A DNA stretch of 64,000 bases from assembly GCA_002633005.1 (NCBI GenBank), contig NMRA01000375.1, positions 136,241 through 200,240 of the forward strand, written 5' to 3'. This DNA is from Phoronis australis. Its lineage: Eukaryota > Animalia > Phoronida. The notes below the pieces were generated by a model that saw only the letters and a program-made list of their open reading frames with translations, did no database searches and was not told where the DNA came from. Shown one piece after another: positions 37,201 through 52,200 of the stretch. The stretch's first letter is position 1. Each line of letters begins with the position of its first letter. The position numbers and the translations under genes are program-made.

Positions 37201-40200
37201 CATTTCAAAATGTGCACTTTGTAATAAATGAAGAGCCTTAAAATGTTTCTATATCTTGGTCATCTGTGAGGGTGAAAATTGATACAATCTTATTCAAGGA
37301 ATAATATTATTTCTCCGGCAAGATAAGAGAGAGTGCACAGTGTTTGTCAGAAGCTATTACAACTTAATCTAGCTAGCCTGGTTAGATTTTATCATGCAAT
37401 CAGTGTGTCGCTGACCGTTGGCAGTTGGTTAACTTTCATTTTCCGTGAACTCAGTGCACAAGCTGAAATAGTTAATACACAGTATAATTCTGGTTGCTAG
37501 GTGAAATATTTGGTTGCACCTCCATTCTTCACCCCATAGAGCTAGTAATAGTAAAACATCTACACAGATCTCTTAAGTGGGAATCATTTTAGTGGCTTTT
37601 AAGTTGGTTGCATTCCCAATTTTCCTTAATTCTGCTATATACCAAGGGATGTTCATTGATTGCTTTTGCGGCTGGATTTGCTGATGGAAAGATTTTGATG
37701 AGAAAAGATTTGCTGAGTGCACAACCTTCACAGTTTTAACTCCCATACTTCTTTTCAGTGTTTTGAACTCAACAAGTTTGAGCCGATGTCTAGTGTTCGA
37801 CAGCTGGAGAAGCGTAGCATTGAGTATATCGAGTCGGGCATGTTCTGGGCAGGTAATGTTTCTCTATGATCGCCTGTTTGACAATTAGAGGATCTCTGTA
37901 ATAAAGCAAGATTACATAATATATACTGACAATTTTGTGCATTCATCACAATGAAATTTAGCCATGATTTTGATTATGATTGCAAAAAAGTGCTCTAATT
38001 TGAAAGGTTTTTCGTTCTATATGAAATAAATGTGATTCTATTTACAGCTATTCAGTTTGACAACATGGATGAGAATACAACTGAAATGCCAACCCACATT
38101 AAATACAGGCTGAGGATGGACGCATCAAAAGTAGATGGCACCACCAAAATATATGACAGGTGAGCGGTTGTGGCTTGTGGTTCTGGGAGGGTGGACAGTT
38201 GATAATGGTGGGTAACAGGAACTTGTGAGTAGACGATGGATGTAGGTGGGTGGCAGGTCTAATGGTCATTGTGTACCGGTGGCATGTGGGTCTTATAGGT
38301 AGAGGGTGGGTGATGGGCTTAGATTGGTGGTGGGTCCGGGGGGGTCATTGAGTACTGGTGGCATGTGCGTTGTTCTGAAATGAAGGTATGTTTGAGTAAA
38401 AGATGGGCACATTACCAAAGTGTAAGAAAGACTTGGCACGAAAATCAGCCAATCACATCTTGGGAAAACTGAAAGTTTACTCGAGTGGGTCCAGTCTTTC
38501 TTGAGTCAGGTTTTGAGTAAACTTAAGGAGGTTTGTATTGTTGAGGTCTGATTTGGTTGAGGGAAAGGTTGGCCTGGCTTGATGGTGGATTTGGGTGAAT
38601 AGTTGTTGGGCTGGGTGGGTGTATGGCGTGATATATTACAAACCTCAGGTAGATTCTCAGTGGTAGTTGGTGAGCACCAAAAATTTATGGAAGGTTTCTG
38701 TTAGTAGCATGACGTTAATGGTAGTTAGAAAAAATCTATCAGTGTTTCTTATGTTGTGATAGGTTTGTTAATTATTTGACGAGTGCAACCTGGTATGCAT
38801 GCATGCATTGTTTTCGGGACAGAATCTAACGGAAGCGTTTCCTTAAAGCTGTATTATGTTCCATTACATGATGATGTAATTTAAGTTCAACTTACTTTTC
38901 ATAGCTACTGGCGACCTGGTGGCCGTGCCAGGGCTGGGATTGACACGAAGTACATCACGTTTGGGTTCGCTTACTTACAAGACATGATAGAACATGGCAT
39001 CATTCGTGAGCAGACAGGAAATGAGGACCCTGGTGTATTTCTACAGCAGTTTCCCTATCCATGTTATATCAACGACAGGTACGTATTATTGAGACTTGAG
39101 ATCATGTTGGTCCAGTCAGTATTAACGATTCAAGGTCTTAGATGGCCTTTTTAATCATTGCCTGCCATAAACTTGGGACACGTGTCACCTTATGTATTCC
39201 TCATTCTTTGTTTACGACTTGTCATATGTTTGACTCCTCAGCGTGTGCCTATTTGACTCCCCGGGTTGGCAAGCTTGTCACATATTTTAATATTTAACTC
39301 CTTGGGCGTGCCTTTTTAGCTCTTAGTCACATTTTGGACAACTTTTGTGTGCCATGCTCTAGTCAACCAGTTCTCTTCATTGTTGTATTCTGGATAACAC
39401 CCTTAATGACATTTGATCATTGTCCTCCTTCATGTACACTCATGATTCTACTGTGAGCCACCTCTGTCTTAATGGAAATCCACTGCTCTCTGTACAGTCC
39501 TTGACTTGACCACACGTTTGTGTTCATCTGTTCATGGTCCTGTGTATCCTCATCCACTGTCCCAAACCATCCCTCTCTGTAAAACCGTTGACTTGACCAT
39601 ACCTTTGTGACCATCTGGCCACAGTCCTTCTAGGTATGCCCATCTACCATCGCAAACCATCCTTATACCAATTTACTCTCACGAGCCATAACTCTGTGTA
39701 CAGCCTTTGACTTGGTCACAACTTTGTGACCATGTGACTGCCGTCCTTCTAGGTAGGCCAATCTACTCTAATGGCCATACCTCTCTTTACAGCCTTTGAC
39801 TTGACCACACCTTTGTATCCATCTGACCACTGTTTTTCCAGATACGCTAATCTTCTCTCACGCGCCATCCCTCTCTTCATGGTCTTGGCCTGGATCTTCA
39901 CTGTCGCTTTTACTGTGAAGAACATTGTACGCGAGAAGGAGCGCCGCCTTAAGGAAGTGATGAAGATGATGGGTCTGACCAGTCTGGTACATTACGTGGG
40001 CTGGTTTGTCACCATCTTAATCACCATGATTCTCTCCATTATTATGCTGACGATGATCATAAAGGTATGAGGATTAGACCACTAAATTTGTAGACATGAT
40101 AGAACAGTACTATAATCTTTGAGTGCAGCTAGCCGTGATATGTAGTATAGTGATAATCTGTGGCTAGTTTTTCACACCTGTTGACTGTGACAACTGGGCC

Positions 40201-43200
40201 AATGAGTTCAGGTGATTACCGAGGTCAGTCGATAAAAACAGATCTTGCTCCAGAGTTCGCTTATTCGATTAACCAAACCTTATACCATCAGTAAATGGGG
40301 GAATGGTATTGGTTCTTTATTGGAGTGAATGATTGTATTGGTGGAACTCAACAGTTTGTGATGATTTTTTGCTTGAAAAATAATGTGTTGGTTGCTCCAA
40401 CAGTCTGTTTCACAAAACCTGAAACTATGAACAGTATACTGAGCCGAAGACTTAAAAAAACCTTGCATGAAGTCTATTAAAGCTGATTCTGAGGTCCATC
40501 TTTTACGGTTACCGGAAGTGCAGCCCACTGCTTAAAAATGGGAAAAAACACAAATCAGTCAATCAATGAATTTCCGCCAATCGTAACCCCCTGTTGCATC
40601 ATGTGTATGAATGTCTACGTAATCCATGTTGCATCATCGTTTCAGCTTGGTGGCGTATTTGAACACTCCGACGGCTTCATCATCTTTCTCTTCCTGCTCT
40701 GCTTCGCGGTGTGCACCATTCCCCAGTGTTTCTTCTTCAGCACCTTGTTCTCCAGGGCCAACCTTGCCGCAGTCTGCAGTCCTATCTTCTATTTTGTGCT
40801 CTACTTGCCCTACACCATGTTCATACAATGGGAGGAATATATGTCGACTGGCCAGAAGTTTGCTGGGGTAGGTACAACACTCAAATAGAAATGTGTTCCT
40901 TAACCAACTCAAACGTGACAATATATGCTCCATCTCATTGTACTGTTTGCAGTAGACCATAAGAAAAACAGTGATGTCACTGATTGGAATGAAGCCATCA
41001 TGGGGAATTCCAGGCGCTTGGAATGAAGCCATCATGGGGAATTCCAGGCGCTTATTTGTTATCAATTTCAGTTGGAATTGTGAGATGTCACCGTTTTGGA
41101 AGAGCTACACTGAAGAATGTTATTTTTGATACCAGAGCTGTCAGTGATTTACTGCAGTTTTAAAATAAATCTGAAATTGAATCCTAATACCGTGTTGTGT
41201 TGTATTTCAGTGTCTTCTGTCCACTGTTTCATTCGGATTTGGCTGTAGTTACATTGCGCGATATGAAGAACAGGCTATTGGGATACAGTGGGACAACATT
41301 GACTCCAGCCCAATGCCTGGGGATGGCTTCTCTCTATTACGCTGTATGATTCTGATGTTATTTGATGGGCTTATCTTCTGCATACTGACGTGGTACATCG
41401 AGTCTGTTTTCCCAGGTAGGAGTTGGCGCTTTATTAGTGCCTGGGTTCTGTTTCATGGAAAGTGATCTAAAACTTGGACAGAAATTTGGTCTTATGCTCC
41501 ACTTCGCAATTATTGCATAAATTTTACAGTAAAATCTCTCCACTTAGTGAAATATCATTTTTTCATGAAAGGCATATCAATTGGAATACTGTTCTCTGTT
41601 CAAGTACTAAACCATAGCTGTCTTCAGATTTCTTGAAAAAAAATGTGACCATTCATATAATTAATGTTAAAAACACTGAAAAATGAAAAAAATGTAATTT
41701 GTTTTTTCCGAATCGCCCTTGTCTTTGCATGTTTCGACCAATGTGGCTGTTGTTAAGTGACAGCTAAGTGTTTCTCAAGTGATTTCTGCTCATTACAAGT
41801 GTTACGCACACGGACTCTTCTTCTTAAGCTTCAATAGACACACAATGGCTTCTTTAATGTACATGTGTGTCTCTTAAACAGATTGAAGCAGCCATTTTTA
41901 AAATTTATCCTATCGTTCTTAATCGCATTTTTTCAACATTTACTGAATAGTGGTCTCAAAATGTGTCATTGTTTGAGGCTGCACTACCAGTTGCCCTGTT
42001 TATTTGGTGCTGATAGTGGCTCATGGCATGTTGTTGGTTCAACAGGCACCTACGGCCTACCCCAGCCTTGGTATTTCCCTTTCAAGAAGAGTTATTGGTG
42101 TGGCAATGCTCCTGTCGATGATGACGGTGTGACCTTTGACATGAGTGCCTACGACGCACAGCAAGGTATGTGAAGTGGGCTCCATATACTTCTGTGTGAG
42201 AACTCACTCACTGGGACATATGAATTTATTTATTTAAAACTTCAGTTAAGTGGATAAAGTTTGAGTCTAATACTGGAATGAAAATTTACAAAAATTGGTG
42301 ACGTTGCATCCGTATCTCACGGACTTCAGCTTGGCTTGTGACGTTATCGTTATTCTGGCCAATTGATGGCGTTTTGGCCAGACGGCGCGGCATTGACATC
42401 AGATGCAGACACAATGTCGCTAATTTTTGTAAGTTTTTATTCCAGTGTTAGACTCATACTTTATCAGATTTTCTCTACTGGATGTCTCACAATTTCAGTT
42501 AAGTCTTTGTGAAGCCCCATTGGGTAGATGAATCAAGTCTGTGTATCGTTTCATAGACCAATGCTGGCCACTGAAGTGATAAGTCGGTCAGTTTGCAGGT
42601 ACTGAATTCATAAATTTTGTATCTCATAAAATTTCTTGTTTCCATTCCATAAATAATGAAGATTGTTCGCTATGAGTGGAAGCTTATGTCTTGAAAGAGT
42701 CGAATGAATGTAGTCCTGTTATGTATATTACAATGTAGTCCTTGTGGGAGATATGAGATAAGTCTGTATGATATTCGGTAAATTTGTTCTATTACAGAGG
42801 AGCAGGGATTTGAGAAAGACCCTGTCGGGCTTCGCCTTGGAGTCTCCATCCAGAACTTGAAGAAAAGCTACAAGAAGGGCCAACTAGCCGTAGATGGACT
42901 AAGCTGTCGCTTCTTTGAGGGTCAAATTACGTCGTTTTTGGGTCACAATGGTGCTGGGAAGACGACAACCATGTAAGATTTAAAATGTAGTTTTCTTTGA
43001 TGTCTTCCAACGCCACAACACAATACTATTTATTATTGTTTATGCATATTCAAAACATACTGTTCTCCCAAAGACCTGTGTATGTGTAGTGCAGTTAGTC
43101 ATCTGATTGTCTGTTATCTTTTTCATGCAGTGCTGTCAGTTCATGAATGTTGTACTCATGGTGCCAGTCCAACATTCTTCTCATGTGTCAATTATTAATT

Positions 43201-46200
43201 CAACCAATCACTGATGACTTGTTGTTGCAGGTCCATCCTGACTGGCTTATTCCCGCCCTCTAGTGGAACTGCCTTCATTTATGATAAGGACATCAGACAT
43301 GACATGGACAAGATACGAAACAGTCTCGGCATGTGTCCGCAACACAACGTTCTCTTCGACCAGTATGTTTTCATTGGCTGATCCTTAAGTTTGGAAGTTT
43401 CTTGTCTTTAAATTTTCTAGTAAATGGACTGTGTATTTCAGAAGAGAGTGGAGTTCTGTTGAATATTTTACATGCTGCACCCCCTCCTTGTTGTGTATGC
43501 TGTAACAATGAGTTGGGAATCATATCTACATTTTGTGATTGAATTCTTGATCTGAAAATTAACATATTTAGTGGGTGACTTGTCTTAATGGGAGAGGTTT
43601 GTTTCTTCAGCTTTGAAAGTTGTTCAAAAACTACGTGCAGCCTCATGCACATGACTTCATCCAGGGGTTGTCTGAAAGGGGACTAACATTGGGTGTGTTC
43701 TTGACAGTCCACCATTTCGGCATTGTAGAAGTGACTTTGCAGTGTAGTCCAGACCACTGAATCCTGCTCTGAATAATATGATGTCAACTCAGCTATTTCT
43801 GTTAATTGTTCTACTTTTTTATCTTCCCAACTGTCAATGATGATGGCTGCTTCGTAAATTCAATGTTTGTCTTGTTGGTCAAACTTAGGCCTTAAATCCA
43901 GTTATTCCTTGTTGTGCTAGGCTCACAGTTGAAGAACACATGTGGTTCTATGCCCGCTTAAAAGGAATGCGTCCTGAAGATGTCATGACTGAGTTGGACC
44001 AAATGATTGAAGATGTCGGACTGCCTCATAAGAGACATGAGCTGTCCAAGTCTTTGTCTGGTAAGAACCACATCCTGTTTGTACCAGTGTTCACATAGCA
44101 TAGTCTTTTATCTGTTCACGATAGCAATACTACTGATATCCCTTGTGGTGTTCTGAGTCATTAATACTACTGCCAGCCTTTTGTTAAGCTTAGCAAAGAT
44201 GGAGAAATACGAGCTCAGCTCTCTCTCTACCTTCAGTGAAAGTCAGCTGAGCACATTGCTCATTTCAGGGCATTAACAAGTTTGTGATCAGCTTGTTCAT
44301 TCAGTTGTTGTATTTTGATGCCTTGACATGTGCGATGTGTTGGATAACTTTAACTTGAGAAAGGCTGCTGAGTTTGTGTCTCTTCCTCTACGTAGATCCT
44401 GAGAGCTTGCTAGATAGACTAGATCAATGTTTTCTCATCATTCCAGTGGGTTGTCTGCTGGTATCAAGCCTTAATTGTCTAAGTCTGGAGAAAATAAGAA
44501 AAACTTACTTGTCTATCAGCTGTCTCATTATGGCTAATCTTATTCCTAAGGACACATCTCACTGCATAAATGGATGGACAGTCCTAATTGTTAAAATTAT
44601 TATAATGTGTGTCATCATGGTCTTTGTGTTTCACTCAGGTGGAATGAAGCGTAAACTGTCTGTGGCCATTGCATTTGGAGGGGGTTCCAAGACGGTTATT
44701 CTTGACGAACCAACAGCAGGTGTCGATCCTGCAGCCAGGAGGCAAATCTGGGAACTAATACTGAACTACAAGCGAGGTAACAGCTCATCTCTGTTGTATG
44801 CACAATGAACAATAATTTCTTGGATAATATATTGGTAGTGATTTTGGCTCCTTTTCAAACGTTCTGTTTGCCAACATTCTATTTTCAAACCTTATTCAGG
44901 CTTTCGGATATGCAATCTTATGACATTACGCTCACTTAGTTTATTGTCGGAGTAATGTACATATGCTCTTAAATAATTTGATTCTCATTTTCTGAAAGCC
45001 GTTTAAAAACTTTTTTCCAACTGACTACGACCAAGTTTTGTCGGAAGGTTTCTTCAGTTGGTATTCCTTAAAATTTTCGTTAGTGAATATGAATTTGTTG
45101 TTTATTTTCCAATTGTCCCACAGACCGCACCATACTTCTGACCACTCATCACATGGACGAAGCTGATGTCTTGGGCGATCGTATCGCCATCATTGCTAAG
45201 GGTAAACTGCGATGCTGTGGTTCTAGTCTCTTCTTGAAGAGTCACTATGGCAACGGCTACTACCTGACCATCGTCAAAAGTGAAGACTCACGGCCCTCGA
45301 CTGGTCAGAGTCACACACTGACGATTCCCAAGGTTTGTGAAGTGCTTATTAAGCCCACTGTAACATTACGCTTGATGAAATATCCAATCCGTTATGTTAG
45401 AGCTTTGCTTTTAATGATTGACTAGAAATTAATGTTCGTCTTACTGTTTTCAGTCGCTTCTGTCTTGAGACTTCTTCAATAAGTTCTTGGCGTCACTTGG
45501 AAATTAAGGAATGTAACTTTAACTGGGGTGCTGCGTTTATTGTTTCCTATATAGGCTGAAAACTTAATTTTGGCACACCTCAGCTTGTCGTCAGGTTTTT
45601 TTCAACTGTTATAAGCTATTAGTCAACATGTAACATGTTTTCAGATAAACGAAGATGACGAGGGGTATACTACAAAGTCTGAGCGCAGTGACAGTGAGCC
45701 TCCATCAAAATCTTCAACCCCTCCCCCTATTGCGGAAGACCGTATTACGTCAACCATCCAGCGGTTTTTGCCTGATGCTCGTCTTGTTGAGGACGTCGGG
45801 CAGGAGATGTGTTATCAACTTCCAGAAGAGGGCGCTAAATCTGGAGCATTTGTCAAGCTTTTTACGTATTTGGACCTTAACTTGGAGAGTCTGCAGATCT
45901 CGGGATACGGCATTTCAGACACCACTTTGGAAGAGGTACTAGCTGGTATCCCTTGGTATAGGGACTTGTAAAATTCAAGTTTTAGGGGAAATGGGTGCCT
46001 GAGACAATACCGAATGATGAAAACCTGTCCCTCCCTTCCTGCTTCTTTCGTTTATGAACCAGAGATGGTGCTTTTGCCTGACTCTCAAACTTTCAGGGGT
46101 ATTATTGTTGATGAAATCAATCCTTATTAAAATTTTAAGGCCATGTACGAATTTCAAGTCTGTGCATTCAATCAAAAATCTAAAGAACCAGGAAATTTAA

Positions 46201-49200
46201 CTTTGTCTTATTTTGATTGTCACTCGTGCAAAGTAGACCAATATTTTTAACGGTGTTTTTGGGAATGGTGGATAAAGCATTATGAAAGTTCCGCGTGAAT
46301 CTAAGATACAACATCTCGGAGTTAGCCAAACTGGCTTATTTTCTTGGATCCTTCATTACCTGTTAAATGTGTATACCTGTACACAGGTGTTCTTAACTGT
46401 GGCTGATGAAGCAGGAACTATCAGTGATGAGCAGGTGGATGCACTCACTGACAATGGCCGGTTTCCACGACCTGTGACTAGGCTTAGTTTTAGATCTAAG
46501 CTGAAGATGGCGTTCCAGAAGAAGAAAGAAAACTGGAATGTCATGGAAGAAGGTGGGTTGATGTTGTGCTGGGAATGTTGAGAGTCTGGTCAGAGATGAC
46601 ATTCCTTTTGAGCAATTCTCGCAGGATGACTAGTATCAGTAGAATCTCACCAATTACAAAGAAAAACTTGCTAGAACTGACCTTTTTCAAGAAACTGCTT
46701 GTTGGTGGCTACGGTACAGAACTTGAAACCTACAAACCATTAACGTGGGTCTGCTTATCATATAGGAACAAATTGTGAAAATGAAATATTTTCTCTGCTA
46801 TTACATTGTGTCTTTACTTGGTGAGATTTTATCGCAGTTTATTGGCGTGGTTTGTTAGGCAATTTAATTGTGTTTTGTGCAAAACCTGTTGTGTGAGCAT
46901 TCATTCAGTAAATGGTGATCCAACTGACGTGTAAGTTGCTGGGCAGGTGTTTACAGTCTGTAATATTGTATGTTAAGCATTTCGCGTGAGAGGTAAGGTC
47001 ATATATTCCAGTGTGTAGACCCGTTCATTTTCTATGCATCCTGTGTGGTATCTCAAAATGTATTATTTGACTTGTTCTTAGGTTCTTTTGTTATCCAATA
47101 TTTTGTACGTATGTTCTACAGTACAAGCCAAAACAATTCAGACAAAACCGCTCGAAATTCGCTGCAATGATGGCTGGGGAGAAGCTACGTTTATTGTTTG
47201 AGTTGTCTTCCCTCATGACCAAGAATGAAGGCGAATTAAACTGGAAAGTTAGGTGTCTAAACCATTCTGTAATTAGAATTTTGTTCCCCCCAAAAGCTAT
47301 TACAAGACATTCTTGTTGGCCGTCATGATGGGTATTTTGTCTGATTACTTTTGTCTTGTACTGTATATCATGTGGTATTCCAAATGTACTGACCATATTC
47401 TGTTCCATGGCATGTTCTATTCAATAATGTGTTCTTTATAGCATACGGTATTTCTAGTAAAATTCTGTTGATAGTCTTCATTGCCATTACCACAGCCTTC
47501 TTTTACAGCATTGGCCTGTGTTAAGAGGTAGCAATCATTTATTTTGTATAGTTAGTGTCCCTTTAAGTTATGTAGGACTCACTTGAAAAGTCTGTGCATC
47601 CTTCCAAATATCTAGAGAACTTAATAATATGAAGTCTGGGTAAAATGGTATTATTGATTTATGAAAGTAGGAAGCCTGTAGAATTTCATTTGTAACTGCC
47701 ATTGATTGTGTGATAACGTCTTTATAGAAAAATTTAGCAACAAAGCAATCATGGTACATTCATTAGCAAAACATTACCATCACGACGAAATTTTGTTTGA
47801 TATGAATGCTCAATGTTACGGTTCATTAAAAATTGTTTATTTTCAGTTGCAAGAATTTCATTTATTTTACAGTGGATTTGTCGTCTTTAGCACCATCCTG
47901 AAATTACTAAAGGTGTTATAAACATGCATATTTGATTCAGGCTATATGTACTTGTTGTTTCAAAATTGATCTCTTTCTGACCTTGCTCACATGATTACAA
48001 ATGGTGTCTAGGCTTGAGAAAAAAAGGCGAGTCCCTCTTGCTTCAGACAAAGCTTGCTACAATTACTTGTCTCTGTGGCAAAGCAATTAAACCCTCATGG
48101 AAATTCTAAGGACAGTGTTACTTTGGAACAGCAAATGCGCCTGTGAAGCAAGTTGTTTGTTGCAGTTTTCATTTCAATCTTGTCCAATATTGACATGTGT
48201 TCTGTTCGTTTACTCCCACTTAAGATGCCGTGTCAGTGACACCTAGTGAAGCAATTCAACAAGCCAGTGCTGACACCTATGGGCCAGGCAGCCCAGAAGT
48301 CACTGGATGTCAACTGTTATTGAGACAACTACGAGCTTTATTTGTCAAGAGATTCCATCATGTCAGACGAAGCAAGAAAGGCTTTGTATGTGAGGTGAGT
48401 TAAATTTAAAAGTGCTTCACTGTGATGAATTGATTTGTTTGTAATACTATATGTTTTTATTTGTTTGTTATTGTATTAGGCTTGGGCTTCTATTGTCCAA
48501 ACAAGTCTACATCTGAAAAAACTTGCTGCAGCCAATGCCTGAAAAAAGAAGGGTAGCCCATGGGAAACTAGGTTGCAAGCTGTTGGCATAAAGATTGGTA
48601 GACCGGCATATCCATCGTTATTGGGTTTTTCTTAATTTTGTTATTAATAATAAAGATAATGGCAAGCATTTATCAGTAACCGGCTCATATGTGCCCAAGG
48701 AACGATTGCATGCACCTACATCTGTCGCATGGATGTCAAAAGTTACTTTTGCGACTTTTATACGATGCCATTTGGCATGGGAATGCTAATTTCTGATCAG
48801 GGAAACACATTGCCGTTATTGGAAAACATGGGAACCATCCCCATCTCCACCCTTTTCTAGTCAGTTGCTTCAAACTCCTATTCATGACCAGCAGGCCTCA
48901 AGCATGTACTCGTACCCATAAACGCCAAATGCACACTTAAAATACACCATTCTTCTACCTGACCTGTAATGTAGGGTCATTCCCATGTCTAGAACATGGA
49001 AGTCTGAAAATTTCAGGTTTCTCCATCCAGTGTCAGAACACAGAACCAGTCTTTTCCCATCTGTCTGAGTGGTATAATTGCTTTCAGTTCATGAGATGGC
49101 GACCATTTTGTATTTTCTTTGAAGCCCAAAAATAACTTTTAACCAGAGTAGGGTTTAAGTTTTCCACTGCTTCACCAGAAGTTGGCGTCTTTTAGAAGTT

Positions 49201-52200
49201 AATTTTTTTCTCAATGGTAGCCAAAAGCATGTGCATGGTGGCTTTAAGAGTTGTGTCCCTTGTTGGCTGTTTCAGGTACTGCTTCCTGCTGCTTTCATCT
49301 GCCTTGCTATGGTGGTGGCCACCATTCAGCCGTCTGACTACAACCAGCCCCCTCTAGAGCTTCAGCCGTGGATGTACACTCCTAAGGCTGATGTGTCTGA
49401 TCCACATCTTACAGTCTTCTACAGGTTTGTACAAGATATCTTGATGAATGACAATCAGTGAATAGAATTTGATTGTGACAAACTTAAAATTAGTTGACTA
49501 TGCACACTTTTACATCAGGATAGCTAAATATGGCATAATTAATGGTTTTCTGATACTGTCATTTCTAGCAGTTGTATTCAGTTTTTGCCAAATCGTTATT
49601 GTCTACTAATGTTCCCTGACCATACACTATTGCTCAGTGCTCATCTTCTGGGAGGGGAATTCGAACTTGTGTGACTCACTGGCATTTGGTTGTACAGTGT
49701 CACCTACATTTCCTAAATTATCCAAGAATGCTTTGTCTCAGTAGTAAGCCCAACACTTGTGATGTAGCTTGGGCATAAGCTAGAAAGAAATTTATCCCTT
49801 TGTACGGCCCTTCAAGATCGTGCAGTCTACACCAACCTGTGCATCCTGGCATTAGATTTTTTTGCAGTTATGAAAACAAAACAAAATACATCTTCATGAA
49901 AATTGTGTATGCCGTGACAATGAAAACTGGAAAAAACATATCGGAAGAGTGAGGGCCAAGAAAGAGGAATATTTTATTGAATGGAGTTTTTTCATGGAAT
50001 GATTTTTGTTCCCTTTGCAGCAATGATTCACCTGAGAAAGAGTTGTCAATAAAACTGGAAAAGATGCTACTTGACGGTCTCTATGGCACCAGATGTATGA
50101 ATGACAGTGTTTATGCTATACCGTAAGTAGTTTTAGAAATCTATGTTTATTATCAACTCTTGTTTTATTTATGCTCTGATTCGCAGCTGCTTCTGTTTAC
50201 GCTAATAGTAATATGATAATCTGGTTAATGTTTTGAGCTGTTACCTGCTCATGTGATTCAAACATGTGGACCTTACCATCATTTTCTTTGACTTGTAATC
50301 TTTCCTAAAATAAGCAGCTTTGGCAAATTTATCAGACAAGATTTCATAAAAATTAACATGTTTGTTTTTTCGTATTTGTTACATTTACTATTCCCCCATT
50401 TTGCGGCAGTATGCCTGTGCTTACTGTGTTGGGTATAACTATTAGGAATCTCGGCATCAAAACTTCAATGCCATGTCCTGAGCTTTTCTTCTGAATGTAT
50501 ACCTGCATCCTATATTGACAGTGATCTACCCTGCAAACCAGTGGAAAACAGCTATGACCAGACCAGATGGACCAAGGCTATGCCCATGTATATGGCCAGG
50601 AATCAGACCAAGCGATGCAGCTGTGAAAGTGGACAGCAAGTGTGTCCTAAAGGTGAGACACCATGTGATATGTGATAGACGCTTCATGATTTGCTCTGTT
50701 CATAAAGGTCTTCATAGTTTGTTGGTTATTAGGAGAATTCTATCTAAACTGGCAAACTTAGTCATTGAAACTTTCATTGGTAAATACTAAAGCATCCAGT
50801 GATTCTGTGTGTGCTATTTCCATTAATGAAAACTTTCTGATTTCTTGAGAAAATCAAAATTCTGACACTATAAATACTTTGTTCTTGTGGTGATACTCAT
50901 CTTACTTTTCTCTTATTAACATTTTTGTCATCACGAGTGGCTTAATTGGCGTCTCATCCACGTCTTTCTGTGCGGTTTGATAGGCCTTCAGACTGATATG
51001 TGGGCTAGTGAGAATTACCATGCATAAGGAAATGGCATACTATTTGTTGCAGGTGCTGCCGGGCCTGAAGCTCCCACAAAACTGGTCAAGACCACGGATT
51101 ACGTGATGAATATGACTGGCCGAAACATCAGCGATTGGATAGTGAAAACGAGGCTGGACTATATCAAGATGAGGTCAGTCATGTGTACTGTCCTACTACT
51201 ACTACTACTGGTGGAAAGTTCTGCCAGCAGGTGGCACTGTTGTCACTAGTGTTCTGGAAATATTAAGTGACTTTTGTTTTGGTGTTTTTTGGTGTCACCT
51301 AGCAGCTGAAGATGTTTAAAAATTAGTTGCACACAAAAACTGAGAGCTATCTAATAATAGCCTGTTTGATGGTTGCTGAGTGTCACAGTAATGATGTTGT
51401 GATGGTGCTTGTAATGTTGGCAGCCTTATACGCTACGACCATTAACTGTTCAACCTGAGGTGTCTTTTTTCGTACAGATATGGTGGCTTCTCATTTGGTG
51501 AATCCAATCCCATCGCTGAAGTGAACAGAACTCAAATCTCCGCCATATTTGATCGACTGGCCAAAGCCGTGAACAACGGCAACCCCAGCTCGGCTGTGGG
51601 AGTGTCTGATGCTGCGAGATTGCTAGAGAGTTTGATCTCACAGAGGGATGTCAAGGTGAGTAGGAAAGGGTTGCTAAGAAAGCGTTACGGTGTATCCAGG
51701 TAGTCTGTATGAGGAGAGAGTAATCTACGGGTCAGTGGTGCCCATATCGAGGTATAGTAATGGGGTGATGGTGGAGATAACTCCGGGTAAGTAGAGAGCG
51801 TCCAGTGGGTTAGTGGTGTGTTGCTATACAGTCAGGTGTAGTGACTGAATAGTACCAGTCCTGACTCCATGAAGGAGTAGTCTTATACTGTTGAGGGTCT
51901 GTGTACTCAGAGGAATGTCTTGTATGTAAATAGAGTGGGACCAATGGGTGCAGTAGTTTCAAAGCTAGACGACCATTCCTGTGTTTGTATACACCCTGTT
52001 ACTAAAAAGCTATGAGGAGGCCTGTGGTACTTCAGTGTGCATCTCAGTGAGTTCTTTCAATCACAGGTATGGTACAACAATAAAGGGTGGACAGCAGGCG
52101 TCTCCTACATGAATGCGGTCAACAACCTGTTGTTGCGTTCGTTGCTACCTCCTGGTAAAGATCCGAGGATGTACGGTATCACAGCTGTCAATCATCCCAT

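Noticed and set aside
38160-38640. G/T-rich intronic stretch as a structured or functional element
   Set aside because: Low-complexity GGTGG-rich sequence with no clear periodicity or evidence of function.
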